Part shown: positions 56,311-64,000 of the stretch, piece by piece | Position numbering within the stretch: position 1 is the first letter of the stretch | How the letters are laid out: the number at the start of each line of letters is the position of its first letter | NCBI RefSeq assembly: GCF_006345805.1 | Contig: NW_021833029.1 | Coordinates: 25,535 to 89,534 of the forward strand | DNA from: Octopus sinensis | Taxonomy: Eukaryota | Length of the DNA: 64,000 nt | Direction: 5' to 3' | Made by a program: the position numbers and the translations under genes | Notes under the pieces: model-generated | Told to the model about the DNA's origin: nothing | The model's database searches: none | Seen by the model: the letters and a program-made list of their open reading frames with translations, nothing else

Positions 56311-57174
56311 TAATGTTTTTGATGCTGTAAGATTAAGCATGGTTCTTGTCTTACTGTGCTAGTCGATGAATTATTCTGTTTGAAATTGCTACTCATCTGA
56401 TTATAATCTCAGAATATATCTCCATTCCTTCCTGCTCGCCTTCCTTCTTTCTTTCTTTCTTTCTTTCCTGTTTCATTTATTATTATCATTGTTGTTGTTG
56501 TTGTTGTGTTGTTGTTGTTGTAACTGCTGCTGCTGTTGTTTGTTGTTGTTGTTATTTTGTTTTTTGTTTTAATATTTGCTTTTTTTTGTTTTACTATTTA
56601 CTACAATGTTTGCACCTTGATTATTGATTGTTTAATGCTGTATAATGTTTTAATATTAATAGAAACTCAGTTAATACCAGTTTATCAGTTATTTGAAGTA
56701 TTTCAGTAGCGCGATGGTGGTGGTGGCGGGAAATGGTGGTGGTGGTGGTGGTGGTGGTGGTGGTGGTAGTGGTGGTGGCAGTGGTCGGTGAAGGTGGTGG
56801 CGTGGTGGGTTATCATTTAATTACTTGCATATTTTTATTATATTTTCTCTTTGGTTTTTTTTTTGTTGCTTTTGTTTCGTTGTGTCCTGTTGCTCTTGTT
56901 TTTGTTGAAGTTTTTTTTTTTTTACACTCATTTTCTATTTTTCTTTGTTTTTGTCTTTGTGTGGTTGCTTTTTGTTTGTTTCTTTTTTTGTCTTTCTTGA
57001 ACAGAGATATATTATTAGAAAAATAATTTATTAGGAAAAAGAAATACGGGTAAAAATGGTACTTCCATAAGAGCGTGTGAGTGTATATGTGTGTATGTGC
57101 GTATGAATACATATATGTCTGTGCGCGTATATATATGTGTGTGTAGTGTATATATTATATATATAATATATAAT

Positions 57175-57229
<55 letters not shown>

Positions 57230-57623
57230 CATATATAATCTATATAAGTATATATACATGTATATGTATATGTATATATATATATAAATATATGTAACTA
57301 TATACATATAACTAACTATATATGTATATGTCTATGAATATATGCGTATGTGTGTGCATGCATGTGTATGTGTGTATGGCGTAAAAAGCAACTTTTTTCT
57401 TGTAATATTCCTCGTATATTTTCTAGTTAACATTTTAATTTCTATTATTACTATTGATACTGTTAAAAATTATTTATCAAAAATTTCCATGTTTCAATTG
57501 TTGAGAAGTGTCGGGGGTGAAGCGGTATTTCTTCTGCTCTTTTGCCATTTGAGTTCAAATTCCTGCGAGGCCACATATGAATTTCATCCGTTAAGAGTCC
57601 ATTAAACAAAGTACCAGTCGAAT

Positions 57624-57787
57624 CACTAGTGTAGGTAGAGTGTGTACCACCCGGGGCGGCCCTCAGTTTGCCACCCCAAGGCCCCCCACAAAAAATACAT
57701 ATTCCCTATAGCAGGCCCAAAAGCGATACTGCCCCCATATAAATCCCGCCCGGACTCGGACTCCTCTCCCCTCTAGCTACGCTAGTG
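57624..57787. mobile_element. Small GC-rich MITE nested in a degenerate family 2 SINE
   Basis: 17-bp imperfect TIRs CACTAGTGTAGGTAGAG / CTCTAGCTACGCTAGTG (15/17); flanked by family 2 remnants (57500-57620, 57790-57835). Confidence 0.6.
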
Positions 57788-58453
57788 AACTGAATCGACT
57801 ATGCCCTCTCTTCAGATTTCTGGCGTAGTACCTATGTACAAAACGATTAAGAAAATTTTGCATTTAAATTCCTCATATTTTCGCTTCCGAATTTATATAG
57901 TAGTCTTTTGTTGTGCATAGTTCTGTTTGATACCAAAAGATGAAAGTGAATCAATCACAGGCTCCGAACTCTAGACCGCAGATGCAATGTTGTTTCCTCA
58001 CTCTACGTTTCGAACCTCTGCAGTTGCCTCTGCGCCTCACAAGCTAGCTGGTTCTGTTCTAGTCCCACTCGAATACATCAGATTCATTCGTCTTATCCCT
58101 ACATCCTTCGTCACTTGTATTGTTTCTATCCCTCCAAACCCCTAACTAACCATTATTTCGAAGTCCTTTACCATCTGATTTTTCACTCCCTCTGGAATTT
58201 TCCGTCTGCCTATGTATTTTGCTTGGGGGTTTTTTTTCCATCATTCGTCGATTTCATGTTGTTTGAGAAAATCCTCAAGCGCGTTGATCATTCTGGTTTC
58301 GGAAAACCTGCGAAGACTGTGGCTGCAGCCTCTTCCTCCAAACCAAGCCATTGAAAGAACAAAAACATTATACTGGAAAATAAATATCGAAGTTCAGACA
58401 TGACATTTTTATGTTGTAATACCCTTGTTGTAGTCTTTCGTACATTCTCTGTC

Positions 58454-58491
<38 letters not shown>

Positions 58492-58529
58492 ACACACATG
58501 GCGCTTACACCCCTTGTCCCCCACTCGGG

Positions 58530-58573
<44 letters not shown>

Positions 58574-58576
<3 letters not shown>

Positions 58577-59100
58577 TTAGAAAAAATAAGGTACTCAGAA
58601 ATCTGGATGGTTGTACATTTACAAATTTTTATTAATATGTCACATGTTTTTATAAATCATATATATAGCGCTTGCATCAACTCTAGTAGAATCTTCAGAT
58701 TTGAATTTGTTTTAGAGGATTCGTCTCTTTTTATAGTATTATCGAGAGTGTAAGGGGTGGAGATTTCCTATATCTCTCTCCAACCCTACACATTCAATAA
58801 CACTATGAAAAGAGACGAATCCTCTCAAACAAATTCAAATCTGAAGCTTCTACTAGAGTAGATGCAAGCGCTAACATATGATTTATAAAAACATGGGAAA
58901 TTGTTATGTCGCACGTTCGGATGCCTTCTACTCAAATGCGACTGCTACTACTCCACCTTCACGTCCAGACTTCTCCCTCTATATCTACGTATTGGGCTAG
59001 CCTACTTCATCGTCTAGGAGCGTCCACACAACAGAAATATTAATAAAAATCCGTAAATGTACAACTATCCAGATTTCTGAGTACCTTATTTTTTTAATAT
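58574..59100. mobile_element. Foldback/palindromic element (~530 bp)
   Basis: 58574-58638 pairs with 59037-59100; 58643-58762 pairs with 58775-58894; ~12-nt apical loop; ~140-bp unpaired insert in the right arm; (TA)n flanks. Confidence 0.9.
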
Positions 59101-59132
59101 ATAATATCTGTACATCACTTCCAAACCTTCTA

Positions 59133-59233
<101 letters not shown>

Positions 59234-59351
59234 GTTTGTATGTATGTATATATATATATTTCTAATTTTGGTAACCAGTGAATAAATTTCACTGAAAATA
59301 TTATATATTTACAAAGCGGTCGCAGCCATCTCAGATAGCAGGACTTACTAC

Positions 59352-59393
59352 CCTGGACTGATGACGGGCAAGACCCAGAAACATGTCTTCAGG
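59352..59393 (+). ncRNA. Minimal type I hammerhead ribozyme motif with GUC site
   Basis: CCTGGA-CTGATGA-C-GGG-CAAGA-CCC-A-GAAAC-AT-GTC-TTCAGG; 6-bp stem I (one G-U), palindromic ACATGT stem III, predicted cleavage after 59387. Confidence 0.75.
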
Positions 59394-59603
59394 TGCTAAT
59401 CCTAGCTGGCGGGGGTGCTTGCCTCCCCTTTGCAATTATAAGGATACAGGAAATGTGTCAAAGCCGACAGAAAGCGTCGATGCTTCCTAGGGCTAAATAG
59501 CGATGTTGTGATTCCCTTTATGGGACTGTCGTGTTGACAGTATACAACCACTATATCGCCCCACCACCGCTCATGTCTCTCTGAGACATTTAGAAATTCA
59601 ATA

Positions 59604-59648
<45 letters not shown>

Positions 59649-59902
59649 ATTCTTAAAGAGGACAACAAACATTGAGGCAAGGCAAACATCTGACGTCGTA
59701 TATAATAATTTTTCCAATAATAATAATATTGTATAAGACTTGAGATGTTTGTTTTGTCCTCTTCAACAATTGTATATCCGCTACATCGGAAATCTACAAT
59801 GGCTCCATAACTACCGTCTTGGCTATAACCGTGGAGACCTAGTAATCCGTTACAGCACTTACCTAGCGTAGATCACCTGTGAACTGAAGCCCCATACTTT
59901 GA

Positions 59903-59934
<32 letters not shown>

Positions 59935-59956
59935 CGTGTGTCTGTGTGTGTGTGTG

Positions 59957-59991
<35 letters not shown>

Positions 59992-60065
59992 TGTGTCTGT
60001 GTGTCTGTGTCTGTGTGTTTGTGTCTGTGTGTGTATACATGACGCACATAAAACATTATGATTCA

Positions 60066-60215
60066 AGAAGTGGCTGTGTAGAAAGTAACCTGCTTACCAA
60101 CCATATGGTTCTGGGTTCAGTCTGGCTAAGTGTCTTCTAGTGTAGCTTCGGGTCGACCAAAGTCTTGTGAATGGATTTGGTAGACGGAAACTGAAAGAAT
60201 CCTGTCGTATATATG

Positions 60216-60276
<61 letters not shown>

Positions 60277-60585
60277 CTGTGTGTGTGCATGTTTGTGTGT
60301 CTGTGTTTGTTCCTCACCAGACGGAAACTGAAAGTAGCCCGTCGTGTATATGTATGTGTGTGTAAGTGTGTGTGTATGTCTGTGTTTGTCCCCTCAACAT
60401 CGCTTGACAACCGATGCTGGTGTGTTTACGTCCCCGTAACTTAGCGGTTCGGCAAAACAGATCGATAGAATAAATGCTAAGCTTAAAATGAATAAGTCAT
60501 AGGGTCGATTTGCTCGACTAAAGGCGGTGCTCCAGCATGGCCGCAGTAAAATGACTGAAACAAGTAAAAGTGTAAGAGAAAAAGA
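60066..60585 (+). mobile_element. SINE family 1 with internal duplication of the AGACGGAAACTGAAAG block
   Basis: Head, two copies of the central block (60182, 60319), complete tail. Confidence 0.85.
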
Positions 60586-60944
60586 AAGAATATATATATA
60601 TTAAAAATATACATTGTGTACAGGACATCACCAACAAGTTAAAAATACGTAAACACACGAGGGAAAAGTACAGGAAAAAATATGAAAAGCAGGTAACTCC
60701 TCATCAGTTGTCAGACTGTTTATTACTCCTATTTCGTGATTTTAACGACAATATAGGAAAATTTTATAAGACAGCAGCATCCAGAAATTTAAAAAATATA
60801 AAATTCATGGAGAGTTAGAGCTTCGAACGAACAAACAACGAAAGAATGGGCGTACAGAATAAACAATCTACGAAGACAAACATTAAGGGCAGTTAGGCCA
60901 AGACGAATTGTAATGGGTAACGCCTGGGAAAAAGTTTTTTTCAC

Positions 60945-61150
60945 TCTCGGTACATGTCCTAAGATTGCACTGTTCTCAGATTGACACCGAAACACTCTGA
61001 AATGTTCGTATTGGAGCTTCCAGCGAGAATGGCAAGCAGTACAGCATGTCGTTTCCTAATTTCTGGCAGAGTGAATCGCGTCATGGTGCTGTTTTTTTCT
61101 CACAGACGGTGTCCAACTGACCCTACTATAGTTTGTAGTAGACAAAATCA
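60945..61150 (-). pseudogene. 5' end of a Tc1/mariner-type element (transposase N-terminal HTH)
   Basis: MTRFTLPEIRKRHAVLLAILAGSSNTNISECFGVNLRTVQ, then abrupt junction to another repeat. Confidence 0.55.
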
Positions 61151-61869
61151 AAAACAACAATGTGCATGAACGAAATTAAAAGTATAAAATGGAAATGGAG
61201 ACAATTTAATCATCTCACCTTGTATCTGTTTTTTGTGTCGTCTCTTTGTGTGTTTTTGCGTTCTTGTCCTATTTTGTAATTTATATTTAATTTCTATACA
61301 TATATTATTGCGGCGTAACGTTTCCCTATCTCCTATGTATACACATTCCACCTTGTACGACGTCTTTACACACACTTTGTCGATAGTCTGTGTTTTTCTC
61401 TTTCCTTGCCTCTGATTCTTCCCCCACTCTTTCACATTTCTCCGTCTTTCTTACTTTGCACCATTATTTCTATTGCTAAGCCAATCCTGTTTCTTCTCCC
61501 CTCTTTAATTCTTTCCTTCTCTCTCTCTCCCCCTTGGTGCCTTCGTCCCTTTCTTTCTCTCTCTCTCTTTGATTCCTTGCCCCCTGCTTTTCTTTCTCTC
61601 TCCTCCATCTTCTCACGTGACTGCCTTCAAACTGGTCTTTCCGGCTTGACCGCTGCCATGTTAACACTTCGTTTGCCGCAAAGGTATTTTTCAAATACGC
61701 CAGCCAAGATAAGTTTTAAATTGTCTGAAGTCGTAAGACACCCGCTGTTTTGTGTCGTCTCTTTGTGTGTTTTTGCGTTCTTGTCCCATTTTGTAATTCA
61801 TATTTAATTTGTATACATATATATATGAGAGACCAAAGTGCGCGTACCTGCATTCGTATTTGTGTAACA

Positions 61870-62155
61870 TTTCTCGGGGGGGGGAGGGTTCGCCCTTGAT
61901 TTCGTATACATTCGCTGCTTTCTTCCAAGGAATCTAATGCTCTTAGCTTATTTTTTTCTTGGGGCTGGCCAGATTGGAGCAATCTCGAGTATAACCAGCT
62001 GAAATTGCAAAGATAATTTGTAACTCGATTGAGGAAAGAAAAATCCGAATGACCCGTCCTTGTTTTCTTTGTATCGTCTGTCTGTATGTTTGGGTGTCCC
62101 TTTTTGTATCACCTAACTTTCTGGATGTTTTGCGTTCTTGTTCCATTTTTGTATT
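61870..62155 (-). repeat. Unclassified interspersed repeat; partial copy at 45948-46048 (+)
   Basis: Shared AAGA(A/G)CGCA...ACATC.AG..AGTTAG.TGATAC.AAAAGGGACA and GGGTCATTCGGA. Confidence 0.6.
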
Positions 62156-62232
62156 TTATATATATTATAGATAGATAGAGATATACATATATATATATGT
62201 ATTATATATATATATAGTATATATATATATTA

Positions 62233-62321
<89 letters not shown>

Positions 62322-62323
62322 TA

Positions 62324-62460
62324 TATACGACGGACTTCTTTCAGTTTACGTCTACTAAATCCACGCACTAGGCTTCGGTTGGCTCGAGGCTATAGTAGAA
62401 GACACTTGCCCAAGGTGCCATGAAGTGGGACTGAACCCGGAACTATGTGTTTGAGAAGCG
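62324..62460 (-). mobile_element. SINE family 1, 5' half
   Basis: GACACTTGCCCAAGGTGCCATGAAGTGGGACTGAACCCGG. Confidence 0.85.
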
Positions 62461-62933
62461 TGATATATGCATGCATATATGTGCTTATGTATGTACAGGG
62501 CTTCCAGCGGTCAACGTTAGTTATGCATCTCCACATGTATGACCATGCTTAGAGTAGATATTTTTTGAGGAAGACTGGCATTTAGTTACCCGTGCAACCA
62601 AATCTGCCCCCTCCATGCCATTCATATTAATCAGTCGACATGGGATGATACATAAAGTAAAGAACCAGAACCGAAACAGATACTATATGCCATCTTGCCC
62701 GACCCACTAATAGTCCACCAATGCATCACTTTGGATTCGTACCGAAGAAAAAGTTGACCTCGGCGGGATTTGAACTTTCAGCACAAATTATCATTTATTA
62801 ATACCAAGAGGCAATCTATTCATCGTTCTAAAGACTATGCCAGACGGCCCTGTCTATTAAGGACAGGCTGAGGGCATTACTCTACTGTTTTCCCCTGCTG
62901 CATATGTATAAAACTAAGGCATATTTTTGTATT

Positions 62934-63030
62934 GTGGAGGCGCATGGCTTAGTGGTTAGGGTGTTGAACTCATGATTGTGAGATTGAAGTTTTGATTCCT
63001 GGACCGGGCGAGTAAAACACTTCAATTCAC
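62934..63030 (+). mobile_element. SINE family 3 head, truncated by mariner relic
   Basis: GGAGGCGCATGGCTTAGTGGTTAGG...GATTCCTGGACCGGGCG. Confidence 0.75.
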
Positions 63031-63434
63031 GTTAAAAATGAATAATCCTGCGAGGAGCCAGCGTTCCGTCCAAGGAGACATACAGCGAGGATGACATTCC
63101 AAAGGCTGGAGTAGTATGAATGGGAAACCATGCCCCACCCACCATATTCGCTGGACAATGCCCCATCTGATTATTATTTATTCCGCAGTCATGAAAATCA
63201 TTTGGACGGAAAAATATCAATTCTGTAGACGAGGTCAGAACAGAACTGGAGGAGTATTTTTCGTCACGGACAAGAGAATTTTGGAAGAGAGACCATGCAA
63301 ATCTACGAGATAGATGGAAGAGAACTGTAGGAAATGAAGGAGAGTATATTATAGATTAAAAAAGAACTTTGTTTCTCTTAATTTTAAAAAATAAAAGAAG
63401 CATAAAAAACTGCATTATTTATGGGATGACCCAA
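63030..63434 (+). pseudogene. mariner transposase C-terminus and right TIR
   Basis: WETMPHPPYSLDNAPSDYYLFRS...RWKRTVGNEGEYIID*; TIR TGCATTATTTATGGGATGACCCAA followed by TA. Confidence 0.85.
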
Positions 63435-63961
63435 TACAATAGTTATTTATGTATGACAAATTTTATCAGGAGAAAAAAAATGAATAATGGATGGAATTGC
63501 AGTGTTTGCTTCCCCTTTGTTGTTGTATTAAGATGTATTTGGTGGCGCTGTTGTTTCTGCTGCTATTAGTGTTGTTGTTGCTGTAGCTGCAAAGTCAGAC
63601 AAGCGAACAGAAGTAAAATCAAAAAGCATTCCAACCGTGGAATTTATTTAGATATATGTGTTGAACTAGATCAAATATGCAATCTATGTAGGAATATATA
63701 AACAGGGCCATTCCTCCGTAGATTGAAATCAAAAATTATGAACAGCCTTAATCGATTTTCGAACCCTATTTTGAACCCGGAACAATAATCAGCCAACCCG
63801 TTAATATAATCAATAAATCCAGTAACTAAAGAGAACTGGAGCTGTTAACTTGCATACCGTAATTGTCAGCACTTTTAATATCAGGGGCCTGTCAAGGGGA
63901 ATCTCAGTCCACATAGTATCAAGTATGATAGAATTTATGTACCTTATGTTATTCTTTTAAA

Positions 63962-64000
63962 CGAGTAATTGTGTGGTAAGTAGCTTGCTTACCAACCACA
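63962..64000 (+). mobile_element. SINE family 1 head cut by window edge
   Basis: GTGTGGTAAGTAGCTTGCTTACCAACCACA. Confidence 0.75.

Overview
AT-rich eukaryotic DNA saturated with microsatellites ((TA)n, (CA)n, (GATA)n, (TAA)n, (TACA)n) and transposable elements. The repeat content suggests an Octopus/cephalopod intronic or intergenic region; this is an inference from repeat style, not a database match. Most ORFs in the supplied track are microsatellite artefacts. Real coding potential is nearly all TE-derived: a full-length and a 5'-truncated Tx1/L1-clade LINE, each bounded on both sides by (GATA)n; a 5'-truncated CR1-clade LINE; R4/Dong-type (REL endonuclease) LINE pieces; Penelope-like and L2/CR1-like RT relics; several mariner/Tc1 relics; MITEs; and at least four tRNA-headed SINE families. 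One plausible host exon lies at 51709-51894. Highlights: (1) minimal hammerhead-ribozyme motifs with palindromic stem III in several short repeat families, including a tRNA-headed SINE-like element inserted as a tail-out inverted pair inside one 13-bp TSD; (2) apparent (GATA)n target specificity of the Tx1 elements; (3) two SINE/LINE pairs sharing 3' tails within the window. All alignments and structures were done by eye, and some boundaries are approximate.
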